DNA of 64,000 nt. Origin: Hormiphora californensis (taxonomy: Eukaryota > Animalia > Ctenophora). Location of the stretch: contig CM035350.1 of the NCBI GenBank assembly GCA_020137815.1, forward strand, positions 2,666,001-2,730,000, read 5' to 3'. This document shows, in pieces, positions 47,441 to 61,134 of the stretch (positions are counted from its first letter, which is position 1; each line of letters opens with the position of its first letter). The position numbers were made by a program, and so were the translations under genes. The notes under the pieces were generated by a model, which saw only the letters and a list, made by a program, of their open reading frames with translations, ran no database searches and had not been told where the DNA came from.

Positions 47441-48383
47441 TAGCATGTGTCATCTGTGTGCGATTTTTATGGCAGAGATCAGGCCTCGTGGGGGTGTTAT
47501 AAATATAATGACAATGTCCATCAACGATCGATAATCATATTATTATTACACTGCGATATTATACAAAATATAATGCCTTATAATGGGCATCGTTCTGATG
47601 TATCTGGTATCGTTGGGCGTGGTGAACTTAGCAGTACAGGGGATCTGGGATTTTCCATCCTGTACTTATCGCTTGTTGGTCAAACAATCGATAACAGGAT
47701 GGAAATCCCGCGATTGAAGATCCCGCGATTCCCAGTCAGGAAAAAATAGCTATATCTACATCCAAATCATAAAGTTTCACAAATACCCTGCTCAGTATTA
47801 TACTATCTCTAAGTTCCCTCTCCCGAACCTAGTCTCCCACTCCCAGATCCCTCCCCTTCACAATTCCCCTTCCCTTCTTCCCCTGTTCTCGGCGCTCTTA
47901 TTTGAGCCAATATGCTGGTCTGACAGTCCTCCCCGAATTAGAATCCCAGTTCCTCCCTTCCAGATACTCCCCTTCAACTTTCACCCAGTCCTAGCCACAG
48001 CTCCCCCCCACAGCCCCCCCCCCCTTTACCCAGTCCTATAGCCCCCTCCAGTTTAACCTCCTGACCTGTTTTAGCGATGGGAGAGTGGCTACGGCACCCT
48101 TGCGGCCCCGCGACTGGAGGGCAGAACGGCGGGCAGCCTCCTCCAAAGATGAGGTCGAGGAAGACATAATATCAGAGTACACACACTGTGCAGCTCAGTG
48201 ACCACCACCAGCACGGATAGCAGAGCGGATAGATCAAATATGCGATTAGCAGACAGAGACTCAGAGAGAGTGAGAGAGCTATCTGTCGATCAGATCTATG
48301 ATCAAAGAGCAAAGGACGCACGCCACAGCACTTCGAAATAATGCCGATACGGGTAATGACCGCTCTTAAACTCACAGACACAC

Positions 48384-48385
<2 letters not shown>

Positions 48386-48464
<79 letters not shown>
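48386..48464. repeat. (CT)n microsatellite
   Basis: Perfect CT run. Confidence 0.95.
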
Positions 48465-48467
<3 letters not shown>

Positions 48468-49714
48468 CTACTTACCCTATGTAGATGCTGATTTCCTCTT
48501 TTCAGCAAATCGTTATCTCCGCTGATCGGTGCTCTGCCAATGACCTGTCATTATACAAAGAGGATAATTGGAGTTGCAACTGTACCAATGGATTTGAGGA
48601 AAAGAGGATGAAGGTATAAACTATAACTACACAGCTTAGAACAAATACAATTGAGAATACAAACCCACAGACCCTGGACCCTTATAATTATACAATCTAT
48701 GCTAGACAATAGACATTGTTCAATCGCTACTGAGAGAACTGAGACGAGTGAAAGATAGAGGGGGGGGGTTCAACTATATGAATTTCCATCAATAACCACT
48801 GTTTTGGTAAATAGAAATTGGGAATTTTTGGAAATTTTTAGAATTGGGGAGAATTCTATTAAAAATCTTAAACAGTACTGGACCCCGATTGTCGGCCTCT
48901 AGAAGTAGAAACGGTGACTTACTATGTTTGCAAAGATATTACCACATTTTTCGGTGCATTGCTCGACCCTTGAACAAAACAAGTTACACTCAGCTCAGTA
49001 AATCGATCGAGAACTTGTGTTATCCAATCAGTTGGCATACGAGATATTATAATATAGTAAGATAAGTAAAGCAATCAAATATTCATGGAGAAATTAGAAA
49101 ACGACACAAAAATCACGCCGTTTGTTTAAGTATCCACCTAGATCTCTAATCGGTATTAATTCACCGACACGAAAATCAAATCATTCATGCCACAGCTGCC
49201 GAGGAGGGGAAATACCAAGCTTCATTATACTAAACAGATGATCATTAGTCAAAAGAGAGAGAGGGAGAGAGAGAGAGAGAAAGAGATAGAGAGGGGGGAT
49301 GCTCTATGCTCTAAAGAATATTGAATGCCGTCAACAAGAATTATTCACAAATGACTGGTTTTGCACTGGGGTGTGGTGGTGTTGGTTAAGATGTAATTCC
49401 CCGCGTGTTTTTCCTCCTACTGCGGTAGTAGTAAATCTATCAGAATGGTTCTGTATTCGGCCAATTAGTGGTAGTAACTAGCCGCGTACGTGTGCCATGA
49501 TCACCAACTATACCAATTGGCCGCAGCAGCAACATATTCCAAAACAGGTCGAAAAGTAGATCTGGGTTTGATATAAACGATATCAGAATGTCATGTTGAC
49601 TACACCCCTTGAATTGTTCATACGCGGAGCACGGACACAGGCGACTCAATAACCCCCACCCCCCAATTTACAGTTGTAACTATGAAGTTGGCACAGAACC
49701 AACAGCTCTCATTC

Positions 49715-50623
49715 GACACTAATATTGAGATGGGTGACACTAATGAGACACTAATACTGAGATGGGTGACACTAATGAGACACTAATATATTGAGATGGG
49801 TGACACTAATGAGACACTAATATTGAGATGGGTGACACTAATGAGACACTAATATTGAGATGAGTGACACTAATGAGACACTAATATTGAGATGGGTGAC
49901 ACTAATGAGACACTAATATTGAGATGGGTGACACTACTGAGACACTAATATTGAGATGGGTGACACTAATGAGACACTAATATTGAGATGGGTGACACTA
50001 CTGAGACACTAATATTGAGATGGGTGACACTACTGAGACACTAATATTGAGATGGGTGACACTAATGAGACACTAATATTGAGATGGGTGACACTAATAG
50101 TAATGAGACACTAATATTGAGATGGGTGACACTAATAGTAATGAGACACTAATATTGAGATGGGTGACACTACTGAGACACTAATATTGAGATGGGTGAC
50201 ACTAATGAGACACTAATATTGAGATGGGTGACACTACTGAGACACTAATATTGAGACGGGTGACACTACTGAGACACTAATATTGAGATGGGTGACACTA
50301 ATGAGACACTAATATTGAGATGGGTGACACTACTGAGACACTAATATTGAGATGGGTGACACTACTGAGACACTAATATTGAGATGGGTGACACTAATGA
50401 GACACTAATATTGAGATGGGTGACACTACTGAGACACTAATATTGAGATGGGTGACACTAATAGTAATGAGACACTAATATTGAGATGGGTGACACTAAT
50501 GAGACACTAATATTGAGATGGGTGACACTACTGAGACACTAATATTGAGATGGGTGACACTAATGAGACACTAATATTGAGATGGGTGACACTAATGAGA
50601 CACTAATATTGAGATGAGTGACA
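49715..50623. repeat. 32-bp satellite (about 28 copies)
   Basis: Unit GACACTAATATTGAGATGGGTGACACTA(A/C)TGA. Confidence 0.95.
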
Positions 50624-51352
50624 GAGTTTTTTAGAAACAATTCAGGACCAAGTTTAGCAATTAGATGTCCGATTTACAAGGATTATCGTGTACTCTGTTT
50701 TTCCGTTCGTTTAGCTCATAATTTTATATACTGCACTGATTAAAATATGTATCTTTCCCTCATTAAAATATATGTCTTTTCATCTAATTATACGCTCATT
50801 TTTCCTAGTCTTTTTTCCTAATGGTAATTATTAGAATAAGTGGGTGGTAATTTAGGAAGGATGCGCCTTTTAATTATTCCAAATCGATCTTTTCATATCT
50901 CAGTCCATAGCATTGGTTAAGTCAGGAAGCTAATTACTGTGATGAAATCACAGTTTAATTGCTGGCCAAAAGAAAATGGCGAGGTATCAACACACATGGC
51001 CTGGTATGGTATGAGTTTTAGGATCTATTCCTGATCTCAAATGAGGTTTTATTATTATCTCGACCAGACGCGGAGTCATCCGACCCAAAACCGGCTTGAA
51101 TTTGGCCACCCGTTAGTCCCATGACATGCAAATTATATGTCAAAGAACTAGGAGTAGGAAATTCTCTCCAAGTTCGAGCCTCACGACGCGAAACGAACTT
51201 TGGAAGTGAACGTCAAACCATTGTTGAAAACATTCATGAAACATATCAAGTTTTTTAGAAAATGAAATCGATTTGCCCTCTCAAACCTGGCGGCGGGGGA
51301 GTAGGTCTATGAATTTATATTACCTCATCACATCACGGTGTACTAAAATGGA

Positions 51353-51447
51353 CAGGAACCGACCGAATCAGTAAATACTGGTCCCTGATTGGCTGATAAC
51401 CAGTCACGTGACCTAAATAACTAGTTCTGATTGGTTGTCTACTTGTG
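51353..51447. mobile_element. CAGGAACCGACCGAA-type short element, copy 2
   Basis: CAGGAACCGACCGAATCAG..TACTGGTCCCTGATTGGCTGATAACCAGTCACGTGACCTAAATAACTAGTTCTGATTGGTTG. Confidence 0.75.
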
Positions 51448-52257
51448 AGGTGTACTATAACACATGGATCATGTGCCATGTTGAGGGGGTGATCCAGAAG
51501 ATCATGTGCTACATAAAACCCTAATAATATAGGACTTTGGAATAGGAGCCAAACTCACAAGTTAAACTACAAGGCTACCACGTGCATGTGACGTTTTACC
51601 ATTCACAGACATGGCTCTTTAGTTAGCTCAGCTATGCTATCAAACAACTCTACTGTGCCAACCCCCTTGATACCATTGCCACCTATTCTCGCTTCGCGAG
51701 TAATTGTTGTGAGATCGATCTCAGTCGCTATGTCTAACTCTATGTCACCAACTAACCCCCGCTCTTTTCTATTAGGAGTTATCGTTATCCGTATCGAATG
51801 TGGGGCAGCAACAGACACTACGATCATAGACGAAAGTAGTAGTAACTTATCTTACATTCCTACACACATGCATGTGATGACATGATGCATCAGATGACAT
51901 GTTTTACAGGTACCTAGTACATCTATAATACCTATAGTTTATTACTAGTATTACTACTAGGAACGGCATCACACCCCCAAACCCCGATACTAGATAGGTT
52001 CACAATTGCTGGAATTGTTCGATATCTTCTGTTTCAGCTTCAAACCCTTTTTTTGCAGGTCCTGCGCTTGTCATCTGAGTCAGATGGAAACCTCAGTCCG
52101 TTGTCGACCACACTCAAGGAGAGGTATATGTATCCTTGTAGCGCCTACCAACTTACAAAAAAAGAACCCGTGCTGACGGCTCGGCTCACCCAGCAGTCAG
52201 CACCCTACATGAAGGTCAAATTCGAAATGACGAAATGTACTATCAAGATGAGCATAT

Positions 52258-52897
52258 GGGTCACCACACACCAAAGTTAAAATTAAAATTAAAATTTTGA
52301 TTTTGAACCCGCACACACCGGCGGCCGTTAACCCTTTGAGACCGATAGGGTCACCAGTGACCCCACGCTAATTATGCATCTAGCGTCTGTCCGAACTAAA
52401 TCTAAGAAGTTTAAATGGTTTTCCGGGTTAGAATAGACACTTTTTGGCTGTTTTTGGGGTCATTTTAAGCTTTGAACATCTTAGTTTACTAGAAATGCCA
52501 ACTCTAAGCCATAAAAGTTGAAATTTTGGTGTAAAGTTGGCCATATCTCTAAAACGGTATAAGTAAGCCAATAATGGACCTACAAATCAAAAGAAAACCA
52601 TAGGTTTTACCCCGGTATGAAGTTTCGTGATGATTTGATCAAATTTACAACGCTCAGAGGGCAAATAATGCCGGGGTCACCAGTGACCCTATCGTCCCCT
52701 AACGCTAATATAGAAATTTGGATTTTACGTGCATTTCTAAAGGATTGCGTTGGATGACAAAATTTTAACACGCCGTTAAAATCGTGCGCGAGATTGTTAC
52801 TTTTAGAATGGGGGAGAGAGATTTTAACGGCCGCTGGTGTGTGCGGGTTTAAAATCAAAATTTTAATTTTAATTTTAACTTTGGTGTGTGGTGACCC
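52258..52897. mobile_element. MITE with ~74-bp TIRs and 3-bp TSD (TAT), possibly PIF/Harbinger-like
   Basis: GGGTCACCACACACCAAAGTTAAAATTAAAATT..GGCGGCCGTTAA mirrored at 52824-52897; TAT on both sides. Confidence 0.8.
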
Positions 52898-53444
52898 TAT
52901 TAGATTTGGACTTATTACTTGTATGTTGCTTGTTGTACTTATTCATATTGTAAATGTATAAGTATTACCATTGGATTTCCGTTTGCATTGAATTGAATTT
53001 GAATTTGAAATCGGAATTTGAAATCGGAATTTCAATTATTCAGTCGTCAAAGCCATTGCGGATTCAAATAAGACTGTTATTTCTAGTGGAATTGGAAAGC
53101 TTTCATATCCATTGGAGATTGTGCATGTCCCATGGGCATGACAGTGTGGACTTGAATAAAGGTCCCTTTATTCGAGAGATAGATGTTGTAAGGCGCGAGT
53201 AATTGCTGTTTGATAATGCGCGTCGCAAGCTCTCATCAAGCGCGCGCGCCGAGTGTATGTTTTGATCTGAAGAAAAATATTTTGTCCCAAAAAAATATTT
53301 CAGTTTCCAATTTCACTTTTCTGGTTTTGTTTTAAACGGTGTTTCCGGCTGTCCCAGAGGCCATATATCTATAAACTGTCATTTATTTGACATATTACCA
53401 GAATTTAAAGGGAAAGTCTCGTTTTATGGTGAAACTGCTGGGCA

Positions 53445-54489
53445 ATGCCGTCTGCCAAAATCGTCATGATGGGTGCAAGTGATGTTGGGAAGACTTCAAT
53501 AGGCCTTATATATACGAAAGGAAAGCCACCATCACATACAATGCCAACACTGGAAGATGTTTACACAAAAACAATTGATACAAATTCAAGTGCCTACTCC
53601 AAAACCAAATCGGTTCATCTCCAGTTTTGGGATACCTCAGGGTTGATCTGCTCGCCTGACCACGAAGCAGAGAAAAGGGGAGAGCGAACTCGATACTATG
53701 GTGTGAGTATTAATTTAAGCATCTTGTCTTCTATCTTCGTAAAATAAAAACTCGCGAAAAGTAATATTTTCTTCATTATTTTCATAACAATTTCCCCGGT
53801 TCAGTTTGCCGATGCTATCCTGTTGGTATATCGTCTAGATAAACCTGATACATACAAAGCCGTTTCTATGGTTAAGAATGAAATTTTCAACGAAAGTGGA
53901 AAGAAACCTCCAATATTCGTCGTGCAAAGCTCCCACAATTTTTATACATCGAGAAATGTAAGTGTTTGTTTTGAAATGTTTTAAAAGATAGTGTTTGAAA
54001 AGTAACACGGTCGCTTGTAGTGGGAAAACGGTAATGGAAAACGAAGATACAGTAAGACGACGCGCAACCGCGGCCAATCAGTACACTAGTACGTGCTGAC
54101 ACATGAACTTTTTGCTGCGTGTTATGCAACGTGTGTGTCTCATTACTGTATTTCGCGATACCGTATTTTGACTGCAAGCAGCACTGTAAGCAATAAGCAT
54201 AGTGTTTACTTTGTAATGTTTTAAAAGGCAGTGTTCCGAATGTAACTCTTAGTGTCAGTTCCATAGAATTCACAATTATCCTCCATTACAGGGAGGTGGC
54301 CCGCCCTCAGATCCTGCTTGTCTACATGACCATGCTCTCCCCTCCTTGACTAAGGATCACATCGATCAAATGATGGGCACTCTACTGACTTTCCTGCAGC
54401 TCACCCCTAACACATCCACAGCCATGAAGAGGGCAACCAGCAAGACAAGTGTTCACAGCTTACCTAACAGCTTCAAAAAGAATCATTAG
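53445..54489 (+). CDS. Atypical Ras-family small GTPase, kappaB-Ras (NKIRAS)-like, 3 exons
   Basis: Exons 53445-53702, 53805-53957, 54292-54489. G1 GASDVGKT, switch I PTLEDVY, G3 WDTSGL, YYG|FADAILLVY..VKNEI; G4 NKxD replaced by QSSH; no CAAX box. Confidence 0.75.
54006..54186. mobile_element. MITE of the same family as 38320-38515, in GTPase intron 2
   Basis: CACGGTCGCTTGTAGTGGGAAAACGGTA ... TACCGTATTTTGACTGCAAGCAGCACTG. Confidence 0.65.
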
Positions 54490-54649
54490 AGTATGGAGTG
54501 TGTCTTATAATGCTATTTTGATGTTTAATTTATGACCAACTTTTTTATTTTTGACTTATTTAATTTTCATTTGATGCAGTGTTTTAATGTATGTATTGAC
54601 CCCCGTATTACCTTAGCCTAACATCTCTCATTTGCATTTTGTAGGTGGA

Positions 54650-56252
54650 ATGACTCACCGGCGTTCCCGGCGTCTCGCACAGCAAGATACGAAGCCAGCT
54701 GAGGAAGTATCTCACTCGGAGGACAAAGAAAACGTTATGCCAAACAAGGCAATGAATAAACCGACAAAGACAAGAAAAAGAAGCACTCGAAAAGTAATAC
54801 CTCACGAGGAAGAGGAGGATTTTGTGCCAGTTAAGAAACGCCGGCTGACAGTCATACCGGAGGAAGTGAAGCCTGAACTTGGGGAATCAGATGATGACGA
54901 TGATGACGAGTTTCTAGCAGTTTCTGAGGGTGAAGAGGAGATGGAATGTGAAGATGTTGTAGAGGAGGAGGATCAAGAAGAGAAGAAGGAAGAAGTAGAG
55001 ACATGCTTACCTGGTAAAAAATCCTCTGTTATGGAGATGTTAATGGCCTGTGAAACCGCTGATATTACGAAGGATCCCTCTGTTGTAGACATAAAGGAAG
55101 AGGTTTCTTCATCCCGGAAGAGGGCTTGTAGGAAAGAACCAGCCAAGAAAACCAAGGCAACTGTTCCAAAACAGCGGAAACAAAGTGACTCCGATCAGGA
55201 TTTTGTTCCAGTAAAAACCCCGGTAACTAAGCGGAAGTTAAAAGTGAAAAAGGAATCACCACCTTCTGATGAGTCTGGTGAGGATGAAGTAGAACCAGCT
55301 AAGAATAAAGGAAAAAAGAAGGTGCTAGAGCTGACTGAGGAGGAGAAGGAAGTGAGGAGGTTTACTAATCGGTGTGTCAAGGAAAGAGATAGTTGCATTG
55401 AGCAGTGTACACTTACACTCGGTATTGCTAGAATGCGGCATGCTATGAGCAAACTTCAATCTCCCCTCATTCAATCTCTCATTATGTCAGTCCTCCCCGA
55501 ATTACCCCAGTCACAAGACTTGGAGACCACTCTAAATCGTGTTGTAGCTTGGTTTCACAACACTTACACCCTAGATGATAAGGGGTTTGCGAGCACTGAG
55601 AAACAACTGTTTTCCGTTTCACTGGTAAATCTCCAATCCACCCACACTACCCCGTATCTCAACACCTACGTTTCCCTGTTCTGTAGTGCGCTTCTAACTC
55701 TGGGTTACGATGCCAGACTAGTTCAATCCATGATAGTGCCAAGTCTGGAGAAGGTGGAGAAAAAGAGGGTAACCACTCCCGTCAAGCACCTCCGTGTCCC
55801 CGAGTGGTGGGTGGAGGTCCGGCACAATGATCTCCTGTACGCGGTGGATGTGGTCAACGAGGTGGTTTCTGTGGATTATTTCCGGGAGAAGATCTTCCTA
55901 AACCACCCCGGGTATATCGTTTCCATGACAACCGAATTTGTTGTCCTGGATTCCACGGCAAAGTACGTGCTGAAGTGGGCGGAGATTCACCGGAAGGCAC
56001 GGACTCTCCACTGGGAGTGGTGGGATGAGCAGATTATTGGTAAGCAGCAGGATGTCGTGGTGGTGAAGGAACATGAGAAGTTAATGAAAGAGATCATGCT
56101 GGAAAGAGGCTTCCCATCCAGTTTGGGCGGCTTCAAAAACAATCTTAGTCTACGCCCTGGAACGGGATTTATTGAAAGTGGAAGCCTTGTACCCGTCCCA
56201 ACCGAAGGTCCTGGGAACATTCAAAAACCACCCTGTATATCCCAGAGAGTGT
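54650..56252 (+). CDS. XPC: XPC/Rad4 nucleotide-excision-repair protein, 5' part
   Basis: Acidic/basic N-terminus; transglutaminase-like LFCSALLTLGYDARLV, WWVEV, DSTAKY, WW; then GFPSSLGGFKNN / YALERDLLKVEALYP..LGTFKNHPVYPREC (BHD1) after a slip near 56145. Homology stops abruptly at about 56252. Confidence 0.85.
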
Positions 56253-56469
56253 CAACAGACAGACGACAACAGACCAGACAGACAGACAGAACTTTAACTT
56301 ATCTCCGAAGTTCCCCCCTCAACAAGTTCAAGTTACTAATCTCCCTTCATGAGCTCGGACTCATCGCGTATCAATAAACAATGTTCCCAAAAAGTAGATT
56401 ACCGAGTTCCGGGAGGGTATCATGGTTACAGACAAGCTCCACATTTCACAATGGGACCGCTTTTTAGGC

Positions 56470-57600
56470 CGTTGGTATGGACACTTTCACCCTGTAAAAG
56501 TATCACTCTCTAATAACACATTGCTGCGTAATCGGGCTGAATTAGAGACTAGAGCAAAAGATTCAGTTTGCTGATTAGTCACCATGTATTACCTGTTGTT
56601 GGGTTTGTTGGTAACGGTGAGGGAAGGATCACAGACAAGCAGTTCAGAAAGTGCCACTTGAGACACGACACGGCCAATAATTTGCAACGGCAGGCACGAG
56701 GTTTGTTGGAGCTGGCCTGGGTATGACACTTTCACCGTTAAAAAGTTCCTCTCTAATAACGTGAGGTCTCGTAATCGGGCCTAATTAGAGCCTAGAGCCA
56801 AAGATTCAGTGTAGTAGTGCCCTGTCAGGCCCAAGCTCGACCACGTTCAGCATGAGACTATGGGTCAGGCCAATGCTACTGAACAGAGTAGTCCCCATGT
56901 ATTACCTGTTTTTGGGTTTTTTTTCGGTGGGGGGAAGATCAACAGACAGCGTCAGTTTCAGACGTTTGCACTTTGAGACACGACAAGACCAGTGCAAACG
57001 GTAGCAGAGGTTTTTGTGAGCGTGCCGGGTATGACACTTTCACCCTGGTAAAAAGTTAACTCTCTAATTAACATGATTCGTCATCGGCTATATAGAGCTA
57101 CAGCAAAGAGTTTCAAGTTGCTAGTATTCACCATGTATTTACGCTGTTGTTGGTTTTTGTAGGTGGGAGTGGAAGATCACAGACTGGCATGTTTGCAGAT
57201 TCACTTTGAACACGACCAGGACCAATGCCCCAACGGTAGGCAGAGGTTTTGTTGGAGCTGGCCAGTTTGACACTTTCACCTGTACAAAGTTAACTCTCTA
57301 ATAAAACAGTGATGGTCGTATCGGGCTCTTAGGCTCAGAGCCAAAGATTTCGTTGCTGCTAAGTACACCATGTATTACCTGTTGTGTTGGGTTGTTGGTA
57401 AGTGGGGGGAAGGATACACAGACGGCAGTTTCTCAGAAGTTTCACTTTTGCCGAGCACCCGACAAGGACCAATTGCAAAGGTAGCCGCGAGTGTTTGTTG
57501 GAGTGGCCCGGGTATTATTTGACATCTTTCCCCTGTAAAACAGTCTAACTCTCTATAACCAGTTGATGGTCGTAATCGGGCTTAAATTAGCGTCCCTTCA
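56470..57600. repeat. Degenerate ~240-310-bp tandem repeat, about 5 copies, each differently indel-damaged
   Basis: Shared GACACTTTCACC..AAAAG..CTCTCTAAT..ATCGGGC..CAAAGATT..CCATGTATTACCTGTT..ACAGAC at about 56474, 56721, 57028, 57265 and 57511. Confidence 0.75.
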
Positions 57601-58759
57601 GTTGCTAGATAGTCAATCATATGACGTGTTACCTGGTATCGCAGTGATGATATGAGCGTAAGTCCCCAGAGAAGTTGTTTACGTGGGTTCTGCAACTTGT
57701 GCACTCTTCCGGATATAAACATCGTAGAGACGTGGTCACCACAGTCGAAAAGTGTGGCCTCCTCTGCCCTCAAACACTCGGCGGTCAAAATACCTATCCT
57801 TCAAGCCCATCCCTGACAAGAAGTGTGGAACCCCCCTCTCCCTCCGTCAAATACTAGGCAAGGCGTGGTTAAACTGGTTTTAACTCGATCGTTATGCCTA
57901 TTCTTAGTCTAGGAAAACTGGCATGCCAGAATATTTCGCATTAGGAAATTGCCGCATACAATGGCATCCCCATCTTGGTAGCAAAGAATCATTTCTTCAA
58001 TGGTCAATCTCTCATTCAGCTCATGTTGTTGTACCTACCCTGTAAGAAGATGCTCCATGCATTGATGGTTCCCCGTTAATAGTGGGTTTGAGAGTGAACA
58101 TTGGCAAGAGCCCAACGGATTGCACTTTCCGGGGTTTAAAAAACAGTACCTTTACATGACTGAAAAGAACTCCGAAAGCTCCGTCTCGTGATACGGTGAT
58201 TGCCGGAACGGTGTGTCAGAGCATTGGTCCCACCCAACCAGGCAGATCGGAAAAGATTTCGGAAATGGTTGGTGTTGTTACAAAGCAGAGTGGTCGAGTA
58301 TTGCTGACAAGGCATGTTTACGTTCGGGAACTGAGTTATCAATGGCAATACTTCCTGAGATTTGGCGGGCTAAAAGGAGTAGTATCACGTGATCACTCTC
58401 GCAGCTTCACGCTTCTCGCCTTTGATCTGACAGCCGGGAGAAATTCAAATTTGGACCAATGAGAGAGTGGCGCCAGCTACCACGTGATACTTAATAGGAA
58501 TAAATGATAGTACTAATACCTTTGCAGCTGCATCTCAGCACCACGTCTTTATAATTTTAATAGGCTCTCGAATGCGGGCGGGAGAAATTCAAATTTCAAC
58601 CAATAAGAGAGCGGCGCTAGCTTCAACGTGATAGTCGATAGGAACAAAGATACAATTAGGCTCTGTGTCAACTGTATGTAAGTGGCAGGTGCCTTTAATA
58701 TTAACGCCCTTGCGAATGCGTGTCAAGTAAAACTTTTATTAATGAGAGAGTGGCGCCAG

Positions 58760-58770
58760 ATCTCTCTCCC

Positions 58771-58852
<82 letters not shown>

Positions 58853-59062
58853 CTCCGCTTCCTCTCTCTCGCTCTCTCTCTCTCTCTTCTCTCTCTCTCA
58901 TCTCCTCCTCTCTTCCTCTCTCTCGCTCTCTCTCTTTCTTCTCTTTGCTCCTCATCTCTTCTCCTCTCTCAGCTCTCCCCCCTCTCCCCTTCGTCTCTCT
59001 CTCCTCTCTCTCTCTCCATCGTCTCTTCTTCTCTCTTTGTCCTCCCCTCTCTCTCTCTCTCT
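58760..59062. repeat. CT-rich microsatellite/low-complexity tract
   Basis: (CT)n followed by degenerate pyrimidine tract. Confidence 0.9.
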
Positions 59063-59093
59063 GTAAATTGGGTTTTATATTATAATAATTATA

Positions 59094-60906
59094 ATTTTCT
59101 GATGTGAAATACGACCTAAGATATGGCTACAATACGAAAATTTTAAATTTGACGTCATTGTGACGTCATAGGGTGACGTCATGATGTGATAACGTCAGGC
59201 TAGTGATAAATTATAATCAGGCTCATCTAGATAAAGATGGTGACTAAGTTTGAGATCGATTTGACAAGACTTGCGGTCGCTATGGCGAAAAATGCACTAT
59301 CGTCATATCTATTTTCATACAGTCTTAACACTTGAGAGACGCGATTTAAGACCCTTGGAAATAGAGTCTCAAAATTTTGCGATCTACGTTCTGAAAGTTT
59401 AGACGATTATCTTTCATAAGTGCGGTCCCCGTTTTTCAATCAGAAGCCGTCTTCAGGGTGTAAATTGAGCTCAAAGAAATTTGGTTGATTTGAAAAATGT
59501 CGTAACTTTATGACATTTTGTCAAGACGTTCTGGTTGGATGTCGAATATTAAAACTATTCGTCTACACAATTTGAACGACTATCTATCGAAATGCAACAA
59601 ACGAGAAGTGTCTATCTAATGTAGTTTTATCTCAAAAGTGATTATAAATTTAGTAAAACAGCGTCTATCCATAGATAGATACATAGATACATTGATACAT
59701 AGATACATAGATAGATCCGGGACATTTATTGCTTTTTTTACGATACCATATCTCTTAATCTAAAAGAGATAGAGAGTTGCCCTTTCAAACTACAGTAGAT
59801 GTAGTCTATGTTACACTGTATACCAAATTTCAGACCAATTGGTGCAGTGGGGGCCTCGTTATAGGCGTCGCAAAATGGCATTTTTGGCTAAAAACTGAGA
59901 AAAGTTATTACTGCTTTCTGGCATGCGCGTTGGGGGGGAGGGAATGGCCACCTTTGCGCTTGCCAGCGCAGTGATGTTATTTGATACTCGAGTATAAAAT
60001 ACTCTCGCATTTGCCTCATTCTCTCGCTCATCCCTCGATCACTGCGCTGGCAAGCGCAAAGGTGACCATCCCCCCCCCCAGCCGCCGCGTGCCAGAGTGC
60101 ATAATAACTTTTTTCAGTTTTTAGCCAAAATGCATTTGTCGACGCCATAGGGAGGCCCCCACTGCACCGATCGGTTCTGAATTTGGTATACAGTTGTCAC
60201 ATAGTCTAGATCTCCTGTAGTTTAAAAGGGCAAGTCTCTATCTCTTTAGTTTTAGAGATACGCATCGTGCCAAAAGCAATAATGTCCCGGGTCTATCTAT
60301 CTACTATGTATCTATGGATAGACGCTGTTTTTACCAAATTTATAATCATTTTTGAGAGAAAACGACATAAATAACCACTTCTCGTTTGTTGCATTCGAAA
60401 GATAATCGTTCAAATTGTGTAGACGAATAGTTTTTCATGTTCTAGGTCCAACCAGAACGTCTTAACAAACTGTCATAAAGATAAGAGTTTTTCAAATCCA
60501 AATTTCTTTGAGCTCAATTTACACCTTGAAGACGGCTTCTGATTGAAAAACGGAGATCGCACTTACGAAAGATAACGTCTATACTTTCAGACACTATACG
60601 CAAATTTGTGAAACTCTATTTTAAGGTCTCAAATCGCGTCTGAAGTGTTAAGACTGTATGAAAATAGATATGACGATAATGCGTTTTGCAGCAGAGCGAC
60701 CTCAAATCTTGTCCAATCGATCTCAAACTTGGTCAGCATCTTATCTAGATGAGCTGATAATAATACATCCCTATCTTACGTTATAACGTCGTGACGTCAC
60801 GCTATGACGTCATAATGACGTCAAATTGAAATTTTCGTATTTTAGCGATTCCTGACGGTCTTTAAACGTCCAGACATGTCTTACATTGTATTTCACATCA
60901 GAAAAT
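59094..60906. mobile_element. 1.8-kb foldback element (~880-bp inverted arms, ~60-bp spacer)
   Basis: 59094-59975 is mirrored by 60038-60906, from ATTTTCTGATGTGAAATAC at the outer ends to GCGCTTGCCAGCGCAGTGAT at the inner ends. Confidence 0.85.
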
Positions 60907-60924
60907 ACCAAAAATATACCCCAA

Positions 60925-61134
60925 ATGCCAAAACTAACAGAAATTAGTTGGCTGGAAAGGTGACCATTTGTTGTCAAACTGACACCTTTGCCCGGCCCGG
61001 GTTACGGATATGATCAAGAGAGAGATAGAAATCAGAGAGGGAAAGATAATTATGAAACCCGGAGAGGGTAAAGGTGTCAGTTTGACAACAAATGTCACCT
61101 TTCCAGCCAACTAATTTCTGTTAGTTTTTGGCAT
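60925..61134. mobile_element. MITE with ~65-bp TIRs
   Basis: ATGCCAAAACTAACAGAAATTAGTTGGCTGGAAAGGTGAC..TGACACCTTT mirrored at about 61070-61134; a diverged left-arm relative occurs at about 63038. Confidence 0.75.

Larger units (their letters stand above)
41778..52133 (+). other. Possible poorly conserved multi-exon gene dispersed among satellites
   Basis: AG/GT-bounded, largely open segments at about 41778-41861 (MTMSDDIERSSAMNNFLEMLDIVSLMIR), 45903-46056, 46515-46605, 48076-48352, 48506-48613, 51609-51840 and 52059-52123; no recognisable domain and phases not fully consistent. Confidence 0.2.

Noticed and set aside
56253-56377. C-terminal part of the 581-aa ORF as genuine XPC sequence
   Set aside because: Out of frame after the slip near 56145 and beyond the breakpoint; the true continuation is on the minus strand at 62876.
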